Source of the DNA: a virus
Lineage: Duplodnaviria > Caudoviricetes
DNA: 31,760 nucleotides
Reading direction: 5' to 3' (one strand)
IMG/VR virus record: IMGVR_UViG_3300012200_000013
Coordinates: 1-31,760 of that record
Shown: positions 13,834 to 21,661 of the stretch, in pieces
Layout of the letters: the number at the start of each line of letters is the position of its first letter
Numbering within the stretch: the first letter of the stretch is position 1
Translations under genes and position numbers: made by a program
The notes under the pieces: model-generated
Seen by the model: only the letters and a program-made list of their open reading frames with translations
Told to the model about the DNA's origin: nothing
Database searches by the model: none

Positions 13834-13881
13834 TCTCGACTTGCATAGTGTCTCACAAACCGATTTGTTTGTCAAGCACTA
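13834..13881 (-). promoter_or_regulatory. tRNA-array promoter, copy 2 (head of array)
   Basis: TTGACA-N17-GACACT; duplicate of 12124-12171 with one mismatch. Confidence 0.8.
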
Positions 13882-13884
13882 AAT

Positions 13885-14235
13885 TTAATTTCCTGCGTTA
13901 TCCGCGGTACCCCATCGATTGCGTGTCCGACGCTTCGGGTTACCGTTCGGGCTGTTGGTATCGTCCCCGGCTACCTGAATGTCGATTGCCTTCCGGGCTG
14001 CGCCTTTAACTTCCTCGGCTTGCCGGACTGCGGTGACTGAGCGTGTACCGGGATCATTGCCATATAGAACTGCGGTCGGTGTATTAGACTTCCCGGGGAC
14101 AGTTCGGGCACCCGCCTGGGGGTTGGCGCACGGAGGCGCGACAGGAATACTAGTTCCGGATTGCACCGGACCCACCGCGGCGTCTCTTCGTGCTATCGTT
14201 TCTTTGCTTCCGACTTCTGATTGCGATTTCGTCAT
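13885..14235 (-). CDS. Disordered hypothetical protein
   Basis: GAGG RBS and operon position. Confidence 0.6.
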   Translation of the reverse strand: MTKSQSEVGSKETIARRDAAVGPVQSGTSIPVAPPCANPQAGARTVPGKSNTPTAVLYGNDPGTRSVTAVRQAEEVKGAARKAIDIQVAGDDTNSPNGNPKRRTRNRWGTADNAGN

Positions 14236-14242
14236 AATTCCT

Positions 14243-14569
14243 CTAGTTGTCCGGCGTGGCTAGCTGATTTGCAGCGTTCTTAAGCACTGGCGTAAGATTC
14301 ACGTCGACAAGATTATTTCCAGGGACATCCATAGTCACAATTATACTGCCGGGAAATCTATAACCGGTGTTGTACGGTGCTGCTGTGACTTCATTTAAAT
14401 CGGCCGTCAATTGATACGTGCCTTGTGGAATGCCGGTAAAGGTATAGACTCCCAAGGCGTTCGAGTAGGCGACGAAATCGTACTGACCGTCTGAGTTTTG
14501 ATAAAGAACGTTGGTCAACCTTATGCGCACGTTATTTGCAATACAATTTCCTGAAATGGAGTTTGACAT
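14243..14569 (-). CDS. Carboxypeptidase-regulatory-like/Ig-like beta-sandwich protein
   Basis: SISG...SNALGVYTFTGIPQGTYQLTA pattern. AGGAG RBS before MSNSISG. Confidence 0.7.
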   Translation of the reverse strand: MSNSISGNCIANNVRIRLTNVLYQNSDGQYDFVAYSNALGVYTFTGIPQGTYQLTADLNEVTAAPYNTGYRFPGSIIVTMDVPGNNLVDVNLTPVLKNAANQLATPDN

Positions 14570-14577
14570 GTTGTCTC

Positions 14578-15480
14578 CTAATGCTTGCCACAAATACAAG
14601 GCTTATTACGACGTATATTCCATCTTAAACAATTAGCGATACGTCCGCCTTTTCCTCTGTCATAATTAGGGGCGAATATCCCTTTTCCGCTTTCAACGGC
14701 CTCACGGCCATATTTACGGCCATATTTACGACCCAATGCTTGAATATGGCCACTCTCAACATTCTTTCTTCCGAGTTCTATAACTTGTCCGCTCTCGACA
14801 TTTCTGCGACCATTTATCTTACCCACAGCAGATTGAGCTAATTTAGTTTGCGGAAGATTTCTAATCTGATCTAATTGCCCGCTTTGTACATTCTTTCGAC
14901 CTTGAATAGGCCCATTTCTAAGGCCGTTTTCAGAATAAGCTTTTTTAGACTGCGGCAAACTATGTATTTTAACGATATGTCCATTTTCGACATTGTTACG
15001 GCCTTGGATTTGACCGCCTTTACGTAAGCTTTCAGGTGTTGCTAGGGTTTTGATCCGCCCGCTTTTAACGGCAATGCGGCCCGCTATTTTACCACCAGCT
15101 CGACCGCCTTTTCCTTTATCATAATTAACTGCGAATATTCCTTTTCCACTTTTTACAGAAGCCGCGCCAGCAAGGGCGGTTATTTGCTTATAATCTTGTA
15201 ACCCGGGAAGGGTTAAATTCATACCACCAAAATATCCGCGCCATGTATGGAATCTAAACATCCAAATTGTTTCTTCTTCGTTAAGTTCTAACTGATTAGA
15301 AACTTCAATCTGTTCTCGGATTGGTTGTGGGAGTTCTGCACCCAAAAAATCAACTTTAAAACGCCTTCCAAAAGAACTTCGCCCAGATCGATGTTCATTA
15401 TCTCTCTTAGGTCCTTGCCCAACATAGATGAACCTTGTTGGGTCTTGCGGATGCGGGTAACGATATAAAGTACCTTTCAT
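14578..15480 (-). CDS. Free-standing GIY-YIG-like endonuclease with C-terminal GRxNVESG repeats
   Basis: GTLYRY..RFIYVGQG..R..EH...ELNEEETIW...GGMN pattern. Repeated GRKNVESG units. GGAG RBS and own promoter. Confidence 0.7.
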   Translation of the reverse strand: MKGTLYRYPHPQDPTRFIYVGQGPKRDNEHRSGRSSFGRRFKVDFLGAELPQPIREQIEVSNQLELNEEETIWMFRFHTWRGYFGGMNLTLPGLQDYKQITALAGAASVKSGKGIFAVNYDKGKGGRAGGKIAGRIAVKSGRIKTLATPESLRKGGQIQGRNNVENGHIVKIHSLPQSKKAYSENGLRNGPIQGRKNVQSGQLDQIRNLPQTKLAQSAVGKINGRRNVESGQVIELGRKNVESGHIQALGRKYGRKYGREAVESGKGIFAPNYDRGKGGRIANCLRWNIRRNKPCICGKH

Positions 15481-15548
15481 AAACTCTCCAGTAAAGAGTA
15501 GATAGGGGTGTGTTACTGGCACACCCCAATCAAGTTGTAGCTACAAAA

Positions 15549-15578
15549 ATCATATCATCAAATATGTAAAAAAGTCAA
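15549..15578 (-). promoter_or_regulatory. sigma70-type promoter of the endonuclease gene
   Basis: TTGACT-N18-TATGAT with TG extension. Confidence 0.6.
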
Positions 15579-15579
15579 G

Positions 15580-15849
15580 CTAATTAATAAATTCGCAACG
15601 GCCTTGCTTGCACACCGCGCCATGTACTCGACCTGCTACTTCAATTAGCCCAACATCTACCGTGGGGTGCGCCGGAACGTCCGCGATTCCATAAGTGAAG
15701 ACACATGTATTTCCCGAGCAATCGACGTCATGAAAACCGCTTTCTAGATCGGCTAATCCATGCTGAACGGCGGTGTTGGGACGGGCTGACGGGCAAACAA
15801 TCAACGCTGTCAGTACGGCGATAGTTAGAAAAGTTTTAACTAACTGCAT
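15580..15849 (-). CDS. Small secreted Cys-containing protein
   Basis: Signal-peptide-like N-terminus, paired Cys and AGGA RBS. Confidence 0.65.
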   Translation of the reverse strand: MQLVKTFLTIAVLTALIVCPSARPNTAVQHGLADLESGFHDVDCSGNTCVFTYGIADVPAHPTVDVGLIEVAGRVHGAVCKQGRCEFIN

Positions 15850-15999
15850 ATTATTGTCCTATAGAGTTTATTACTGCGTGAAGCCAAATTAAAAATCCCG
15901 CCGCAAGAATCGTTTCAATCAGCAAGATGACTAATATAATTTTAAACTCTGAAGAAGTTAAAGAGAAAAATTCCAGAAATTTATTAACCACGCTACATC

Positions 16000-16581
16000 C
16001 TAATCAGCTAGATATTTCTTCGTAAGAATCCGGGCGATACTATCGGCCCGCCCTTCTGATTGGCATTGGCAAATAAGATGTCCTGCTTCATGAGCCAGAG
16101 TAAATCTAAGTCTATAAGTACCGGCGAAGAATGTGTAGTCTTCATTGACGAGAGTCTCGTTCTGAGCCATTATTGTGAAAGCACTATCCGTTTGACCTTC
16201 CAGATGGTAATACCTTAATGCATCTTCCCACTCGGCTCTGGGAAGAACTACGATTCGCCACCAATTAACCATCGGCTGCCCTGAGAAATCCAGGCTATTT
16301 GCTAAGTTACGTATTCTAATACTTTCATAGTACGTCGGCGCACGGACTTCGATGATAATACCTTCGGCAGACGCTTGCGGATAGGCTCTGCGGTTATCGT
16401 GATCCCAATCCCGCCTTCTGTCGCGGTCTCTATCTTTATCGTGGTCTCTGTCATGGTCTTTGTCGTGATCGCCATGGGGGGTACGTGTCCCAACGTCGAC
16501 ATGATAGTGTTGTCGAGGACATCCGGACAAAAGCATACTAGCGGACAAAACAGCGGACATAATCAGCGCGGATGTTTTCAT
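16000..16581 (-). CDS. Lipoprotein with HExxH zinc-metallopeptidase motif and DHDR repeats
   Basis: Lipobox LLSGC, low-complexity DHDKDHDRDHD and LAHEAGH motif. GAGG RBS. Confidence 0.7.
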   Translation of the reverse strand: MKTSALIMSAVLSASMLLSGCPRQHYHVDVGTRTPHGDHDKDHDRDHDKDRDRDRRRDWDHDNRRAYPQASAEGIIIEVRAPTYYESIRIRNLANSLDFSGQPMVNWWRIVVLPRAEWEDALRYYHLEGQTDSAFTIMAQNETLVNEDYTFFAGTYRLRFTLAHEAGHLICQCQSEGRADSIARILTKKYLAD

Positions 16582-16600
16582 ACAACCTCTGCGAGATAAC

Positions 16601-16631
16601 AAAATAAAAGGGCGGGATTTTAACCCCGCCC
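16601..16631 (-). terminator. Rho-independent terminator
   Basis: GGGCGGG/CCCGCCC stem followed by TTTTATTTT on the - strand. Confidence 0.75.
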
Positions 16632-16649
16632 GTAATACTATTGGTTAGA

Positions 16650-16937
16650 TTAGGAGATGAACTGCAACTGAGCCGACACAGGCAGCCCGGCGGTGATCGT
16701 CAGGATACCAGTGGCAGACATCGTGTTGCCAGCATCAGACCCACTAATCGTGGAAACCCCAGCCTTGAGATACGCTAGCTGTCCAGTCGTAGCATCAACA
16801 GTCGCTACGGTAGGATCACTAGACACATAAGCAAGAGCACCCGCGGCGGGCACGACGTTCCCAGTTCCATTGGGTCCGTCGAACTCGACCAACGCTGCCT
16901 TAAGGGGCTTGTCATTTACGTGAACGGTGATGTCCAT
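16650..16937 (-). CDS. Ig-like (Big_2-type) domain protein
   Basis: YVSSDPTVATVDATTG...KAG.STI motif. AAGGAG RBS. Confidence 0.8.
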   Translation of the reverse strand: MDITVHVNDKPLKAALVEFDGPNGTGNVVPAAGALAYVSSDPTVATVDATTGQLAYLKAGVSTISGSDAGNTMSATGILTITAGLPVSAQLQFIS

Positions 16938-16948
16938 GGTTTTCTCCT

Positions 16949-17125
16949 TTAGGAAATAAAGTCGAGTACGGCCGAGACTGCTTTCCCGGGAGGGGGAGGC
17001 AGCAACGACAGTATCAACTTCTCAAGGCGATTTAGAGTTTCGAGAATATCCTCGATTTTCTCTTCAATCTCCTCAAGCTCGTGACGCTCAAATTTCTCTG
17101 ATCTTTCCAGCTTTTCTAAACTCAT
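16949..17125 (-). CDS. Small coiled-coil protein (58 aa)
   Basis: Manually translated MSLEKLERSEKFE...PPPPGKAVSAVLDFIS. AAGGAGG RBS. Confidence 0.7.
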   Translation of the reverse strand: MSLEKLERSEKFERHELEEIEEKIEDILETLNRLEKLILSLLPPPPGKAVSAVLDFIS

Positions 17126-17206
17126 TACTGTCCTCCTTCATAACTCGCCCAGAGGACGAGGATTACAGATTTAAATAATAGACATTAAAAAACACGACTG
17201 ACAAAC

Positions 17207-17833
17207 TTAAGGCGTGGTTGGCGCTACAAGAGTTAGAAATGACGACAGCGCTGAAATTTCCGACGATGATAAGTGTGCTAAGGCTGTCAGAAGAGCCGGA
17301 GGCAATCCGGGCACCGGGACAGGAGGCGGTGGGGGCGGAGGTATCACTGCCGGTACCACGGCTGTCATAGTTCTTATCCGGTTAGTCCAACCGGTAAGAA
17401 ATACGCTGTCGGCTGGATTTCTAACCACGATGGTGGTTGCGTAAGCGATCATGGCATTTCTAAAATTCATCAGAAGAATTGCGACGTTTTGAGCGTTAAC
17501 AGTCGCTAAGGTTACTGGCCCGAATACGCCGTCGACAGCGACCATCAAAACGTTTTGAATAACCCTGACCGCTGAGTGGGTTCCAAATAGGACGCCTAGA
17601 TCAAACAAAGCATTAGTAACAAATTGGTCGGTAATAGATGCGTAGAGTGTATTCCAGAAATCCTTCAAGTAGATGGCAATAGCGCCGTCTCGGGTTAAAC
17701 CTTTGATGTCGACGTTCGGGTAGGAGCGCTTCGAAATACCAAAATTTGTCTCTCCGCCTGGGTCGCGGGGATCGTTCACATAGCCGTCTTCGTTAACTAG
17801 AGTTAAACTGACGGCTTTTGTAAAGTCTGCCAT
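17207..17833 (-). CDS. GH108 lysozyme (endolysin) with peptidoglycan-binding region and Pro-rich tail
   Basis: NEDGYVNDPRDPGGETNFGI, VDGVFGPVT and FLTGWTNR motifs. Confidence 0.9.
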   Translation of the reverse strand: MADFTKAVSLTLVNEDGYVNDPRDPGGETNFGISKRSYPNVDIKGLTRDGAIAIYLKDFWNTLYASITDQFVTNALFDLGVLFGTHSAVRVIQNVLMVAVDGVFGPVTLATVNAQNVAILLMNFRNAMIAYATTIVVRNPADSVFLTGWTNRIRTMTAVVPAVIPPPPPPPVPVPGLPPALLTALAHLSSSEISALSSFLTLVAPTTP

Positions 17834-17848
17834 CTTAGTCTCCCAAGG

Positions 17849-17959
17849 TTAAAACCTTTTTGTAATACTCGTGAATTTATAGATAAGAGCGATAAGTCCG
17901 GCCACAGATAATGCCAAGGCTAGTCCTGCGCCGATTAAAATCCAGAGTGGTATATTCAT
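17849..17959 (-). CDS. Small single-TM protein (36 aa; possible holin/antiholin)
   Basis: MNIPLWILIGAGLALALSVAGLIALIYKF..., directly upstream of the endolysin. Confidence 0.5.
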   Translation of the reverse strand: MNIPLWILIGAGLALALSVAGLIALIYKFTSITKRF

Positions 17960-18142
17960 AGTTTGTAAGACCTTAAAAAGCGGTCTCTCTTCATAACCCC
18001 TATATTATCATATGGTTAGAAGGAATACGGAGGTGTACGTACGTACCCGGGTGTTGCCAACGCATGCGACCACCGGAGCAAGACCGGCTTGGGGGCGGGT
18101 ACGGCACCGGCAAGGCCACCCCCCTCCAAAAAATATTTTACT

Positions 18143-18505
18143 CTAAGTCCTTTCTACTCAACAAGATAACGAATGACAAACAAATGATATCAAGCGGCTC
18201 TCAATCTGCGAGGCTCTCACCCCCGACCGCGGTCGAAGTCATTTCATTGCGTTGCATTTGTTGCAAGTACTTTGTTTTGTTGCGGCTGCTGCGATGACCT
18301 ATCAATCAATAGTTTAATGACATTCACTAAACTTGGCGGGTTTATCGAGCGAGTTCATGATAATGTGTTGATTTTAAAGGATTTAGCAATTAATTCCGGA
18401 AATTTTCTGGTCAGGACCAAGCGGCGCAAGAGTTTTCGTCTGATGCGTTTGAGAGTTCAGACTCACCATGCTTCGTCTGTAAACTGTTTGCTTTGTTGAT
18501 GTTGC
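18143..18505. repeat. About six degenerate ~27-bp repeats (approx. SYAAGTnnTTTnnTTTGTTGnnnTTGC)
   Basis: Copies near 18143, 18236, 18264, 18361, 18426 and 18479, found by eye. Confidence 0.5.
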
Positions 18506-18776
18506 GGAGATTGCTGCGCTATCAATTCATTTGGAAGCTTTCTATAGGTCTTGCTTCTGGTCTCGATTAGACCTATTTATAGGCTTCCCATAGTACAACT
18601 GACCATGGCACGGGTTATTTTGATTGGCCTATCATGTCGGCGTTCGGCGACATTCCAGGATGTCAGCGAGCGACAACTTAGGTGAACAAATATAGAATGG
18701 TGACAGTATCTCAGGATTGTGTCACCAAACTTTGGTGACGGTATTTTTTACACACTTATTGCGGTGTTGACCGCCT

Positions 18777-19028
18777 GACTTATTGCATTATTGCATAGTA
18801 TGCAAGAAGTCGACCCAGTGGGAGAGAGAGAGTAAAACAATTAAATGTAACATTACGTTACTCTCGTACGATGGCGTCACATTTTATATAAGTATAACAA
18901 AACAAACAAGATAATAATTATTGGTATTTATTCGGATATTCTCTGGTATTTAATTTAATTGATTTAATTACTCTCTCTCTCTCCTACTGACCGGACTTCT
19001 TGCATAGTATGCAATAATGCAATAAGTC
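18777..19028. repeat. Long inverted repeat (~70-bp arms) around an AT-rich core; candidate replication origin
   Basis: GACTTATTGCATTATTGCATAGTATGCAAGAAGTC..GGAGAGAGAGAGTAA is mirrored at ~18950-19028. Confidence 0.85.
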
Positions 19029-19030
19029 CC

Positions 19031-19059
19031 TTGACAGACGTTGTGGCCTGTGCTAGACT
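19031..19059 (+). promoter_or_regulatory. sigma70 promoter
   Basis: TTGACA-N17-TAGACT with TG extension, immediately after the inverted repeat. Confidence 0.75.
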
Positions 19060-19077
19060 CTGATTCGAGGTAATTTT

Positions 19078-19536
19078 ATGCGGACAGGTCGACCAGCAAT
19101 ACAGAAAGAATCGGCGATGAATTGGCTACAAGATTGTCTCAGTAGCGGCCCAGTCAAGGTCAGCGAGATTAAGGCATGTACACCGGCCGGATGGCGAACA
19201 ACATTAACAATCAAAGCAGTGCTTGATATCAAGAGCAGAAAAATAGCTGATGATTGGTATTGGTATTTACTCACCGCACCCGACCTACCCGTTGTCGACC
19301 AGGACGAAGAACCGGAAGACACGACAATCTACACGTCACAAATGGTTACATCAATCAATTGGATGAATCAACGGGGAGAGGACGAACAAGCGATAGTCAG
19401 TCAATTAATCAAAGACTGCAAGGCTTGGCCTGCTAAGCCGCCTTATCCTGAATCGTACATCCGAGCGTTAGTCGCCAGCATATTCTATAACAGACCGAAA
19501 CCCGCCGTTCCGGACGGCATCGAGGAGCCTGTTTAG
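19078..19536 (+). CDS. wHTH-like plus PriCT-1-like protein (candidate origin-binding/replication protein)
   Basis: AMNWLQDCLSSGPV..SEIK...WYWYL resembles Rep/helicase C-terminal wHTH. KPPYPESYIRALVASI resembles PriCT-1. GAGG RBS. Confidence 0.55.
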   Translation: MRTGRPAIQKESAMNWLQDCLSSGPVKVSEIKACTPAGWRTTLTIKAVLDIKSRKIADDWYWYLLTAPDLPVVDQDEEPEDTTIYTSQMVTSINWMNQRGEDEQAIVSQLIKDCKAWPAKPPYPESYIRALVASIFYNRPKPAVPDGIEEPV

Positions 19537-19549
19537 TACTGGCTAAAAT

Positions 19550-19594
19550 CAGTACCAACGTACTATAGACAATAATTACTGAGTCAGGTAGACT
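19550..19594 (+). promoter_or_regulatory. Early promoter with upstream palindrome
   Basis: CAGTAC-CAAC-GTACTA, TAGACA-N17-TAGACT. Confidence 0.7.
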
Positions 19595-19633
19595 AGCAGT
19601 GTAATGAAGTTCACAACTAACCAGGAGGGCACA

Positions 19634-19846
19634 ATGCAAGCTATCCCGAAAGCGAGCATAGAATGGCTAGTCGGTCGGTTGCATGTCTCGGTCAGCGACG
19701 AAGACGTCAAGAAGGATATCCGACGTCGAGCTCGCCGATACCCGAACGCTACAGAGGCCTACATTGAAAGAATGGCTGAGTATGCCGTAAAATGTCACCG
19801 CAAGAATCAAGTGCTCTATTCTGCTGTAGTCTCAGGGAGGCTATAA
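19634..19846 (+). CDS. Hypothetical early protein
   Basis: AGGAGG RBS before MQAIPK. Confidence 0.75.
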   Translation: MQAIPKASIEWLVGRLHVSVSDEDVKKDIRRRARRYPNATEAYIERMAEYAVKCHRKNQVLYSAVVSGRL

Positions 19847-20373
19847 TGATTCGATTAACAGTAACCGACGGCGGTCAACACCAGGAAGGTTTCTTGAACG
19901 AGTACAATGACTGTGCTGTCCGAGCACTAGCACTGTCGACCGGCGTTCCTTACACCAAAGCGCACGGGCTATTAAAGGCCGAGGGCAGGCGAGACAGGAA
20001 GGGCACAAAGCTTCCGCAGGTCAAGCGAGCGCTGGCTAATCTCTGCAATGAATCCAGCATCGCAAACTTTCAAGAGATAGTCCCCTCCACGCCTATCTTT
20101 CACCCTGTCTACGGTTATCCTTTTCGGCAGAAGTACCCGACACTGCAAGACACCATCAGGAAGTACAACGTCGGACGCTACCTAATCATTGCCACGGGAC
20201 ACGCACTCTGCTTGATAGACGGCGTTGTCCACGATAAGGGACAGATAAGCGGACCACGGTCAAGGGTCCGAAACATCTTCAAGATTACGCTGGCCGAGCC
20301 CTTGAAGACAATTATCACGCAGTCCCAGGTCAACGAACTTTGGGCAAGACTAGATAAGCTGGAGGGCAAATGA
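19846..20373 (+). CDS. Papain/C39-like fold protein
   Basis: NDCAVRALAL and GHALCLIDG..HD Cys-His-Asp pattern. GGAGG RBS with TAATG coupling. Confidence 0.65.
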   Translation: MIRLTVTDGGQHQEGFLNEYNDCAVRALALSTGVPYTKAHGLLKAEGRRDRKGTKLPQVKRALANLCNESSIANFQEIVPSTPIFHPVYGYPFRQKYPTLQDTIRKYNVGRYLIIATGHALCLIDGVVHDKGQISGPRSRVRNIFKITLAEPLKTIITQSQVNELWARLDKLEGK

Positions 20374-20570
20374 CAGTCAAAGAATTAGCAGCCAATATCG
20401 GGAAGCAAGGTTTGCTTTCTATCAGTAACATGCAAGTCTTAGTTTCTATCAAGAACGCCCGGACAGTATTCGGGCGAATCGACTATCAAGTCACGCCAGT
20501 CAACGGCACGGGAACAACCTGGGTCGAATCAAATCGCGTTCAAGGGATACTATGGGAAGTTCGAAGCTAG
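20370..20570 (+). CDS. Small SH3-like hypothetical protein
   Basis: GGAGG RBS and ATGA overlap. Confidence 0.75.
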   Translation: MTVKELAANIGKQGLLSISNMQVLVSIKNARTVFGRIDYQVTPVNGTGTTWVESNRVQGILWEVRS

Positions 20571-20611
20571 TACGAAAGTACTATTGCACTGTTTTCAGGC
20601 TCCTGTATAAT
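20568..20611 (+). promoter_or_regulatory. Early promoter with upstream palindrome
   Basis: TAGTAC-GAAA-GTACTA, TTGCAC-N16-TATAAT. Confidence 0.7.
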
Positions 20612-20654
20612 TGTTATATAAACCAAAGCCGCACAGCGGCAGAAAGAAGAAAAT

Positions 20655-20816
20655 ATGAAGACCTACACCGTACAAGCGACTTACCAAAGTAAAGCACGAT
20701 ATACTGCTTTTCGTCTTTCTCGTGTGCATGCTTTTCGTCATGCGGAAAAATTGATGAAAGCACGGCCAGTACTGTCTAATGGGAAAGTCATTTCGGTAAC
20801 GGTTACACAAGATTAA
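20655..20816 (+). CDS. Small hypothetical protein (53 aa)
   Basis: Manually translated MKTYTVQATYQ..., between two promoters. Confidence 0.5.
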   Translation: MKTYTVQATYQSKARYTAFRLSRVHAFRHAEKLMKARPVLSNGKVISVTVTQD

Positions 20817-20827
20817 GTGCAGTCCGC

Positions 20828-20878
20828 TAGTACCAGGACTAAAGTACTATTGACCTTATTAAGGCTATCAAGTACACT
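20828..20878 (+). promoter_or_regulatory. Early promoter with upstream palindrome
   Basis: TAGTAC..CAGGAC-TAAA-GTACTA, TTGACC-N17-TACACT. Confidence 0.75.
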
Positions 20879-20900
20879 GATACTAGAAAGTGAGGACACA

Positions 20901-21158
20901 ATGAAAGACTTAACCGTTGTCGGAATAAGCAGCAACACCAATTCTTTCGGGCTTAAGTCTGTAGTTCTGTTTCGCGGCGATGGACGAGCATTCCAAGCTT
21001 TGTCAAGCCAGTACAATCTGCCTTTCAGAGGTCAAGTCTTCGCGTTCATGCCCACTTACTTTGAATGCGTGACTGAGTTGGTTCGTCCTTCCGCCGAAGT
21101 ATTCAAATTGGCTATGTGTGCGGCTGAATTAGCTAACTTCAAACCAGAGGTGCGATAA
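20901..21158 (+). CDS. Hypothetical protein
   Basis: GAGG RBS before MKDLTVV; ends EVR. Confidence 0.75.
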   Translation: MKDLTVVGISSNTNSFGLKSVVLFRGDGRAFQALSSQYNLPFRGQVFAFMPTYFECVTELVRPSAEVFKLAMCAAELANFKPEVR

Positions 21159-21325
21159 TGAACGGACAAGCTATATGCAAAGACTGCGGGAACGGCACGC
21201 TGAACAACGCAATTAATGAGCAGTTCTTTCTAAGCATAGACGAACGCACCGAGTATGAAACTATAACTTGTGCAAATTGCGGCTCGTCACACATTGACGG
21301 CGAGTTATATCAGGAGGTGCAATAA
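21158..21325 (+). CDS. Zinc-ribbon protein (55 aa)
   Basis: CKDC..CANC. GAGGTG RBS with TAATG coupling. Confidence 0.75.
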   Translation: MNGQAICKDCGNGTLNNAINEQFFLSIDERTEYETITCANCGSSHIDGELYQEVQ

Positions 21326-21501
21326 TGTTGCGACCCCAACTAAGTCTGAGGCGTGAGATATTCCTGGAAGCTGTCAAGCAAGCCGCAATATCCGGAGTTA
21401 TCGAACCGACATATGACAGACTCCCTGAGGCCGTCAAGCAGGGTTTTTCATTCCAGAAGTTCGAGAGACTGGTCGAGCAGACCTATCTAGAGGTGCGATA
21501 A
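21325..21501 (+). CDS. Hypothetical protein (58 aa)
   Basis: MLRPQLSLRRE...LEVR; coupled by TAATG at both ends. Confidence 0.7.
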   Translation: MLRPQLSLRREIFLEAVKQAAISGVIEPTYDRLPEAVKQGFSFQKFERLVEQTYLEVR

Positions 21502-21581
21502 TGATTGCAATGATTTTGATTTGTTTCTTTGCCTACTGTGTCGTTGACCTACTTGAAGCGATGTTCGGAAAGGTGCGATAA
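21501..21581 (+). CDS. 26-aa hydrophobic peptide
   Basis: MIAMILICFFAYCVVDLLEAMFGKVR; coupled by TAATG. Confidence 0.55.
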   Translation: MIAMILICFFAYCVVDLLEAMFGKVR

Positions 21582-21661
21582 TGAAAATCAAGACTATCCT
21601 GGCAGCAACCTTTACAATCCTGATTCTTGGTTTGCTAATCTATATCGGAGGACAACTCTAA
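21581..21661 (+). CDS. 26-aa hydrophobic peptide
   Basis: MKIKTILAATFTILILGLLIYIGGQL; coupled by TAATG. Confidence 0.55.
   Translation: MKIKTILAATFTILILGLLIYIGGQL

Noticed and set aside
8530-14009. ORF-track entries overlapping the tRNA array (e.g. 8530-8766, 9518-9712, 10480-10815, 11016-11276, 11426-11743, 13363-13545)
   Set aside because: They overlap tRNA, RNase P or ncRNA genes, mostly antisense, and lack an RBS or protein-like features.
18064-18499. ORFs 18064-18297 and 18272-18499
   Set aside because: No RBS and they overlap degenerate repeats. The region is better explained as non-coding.
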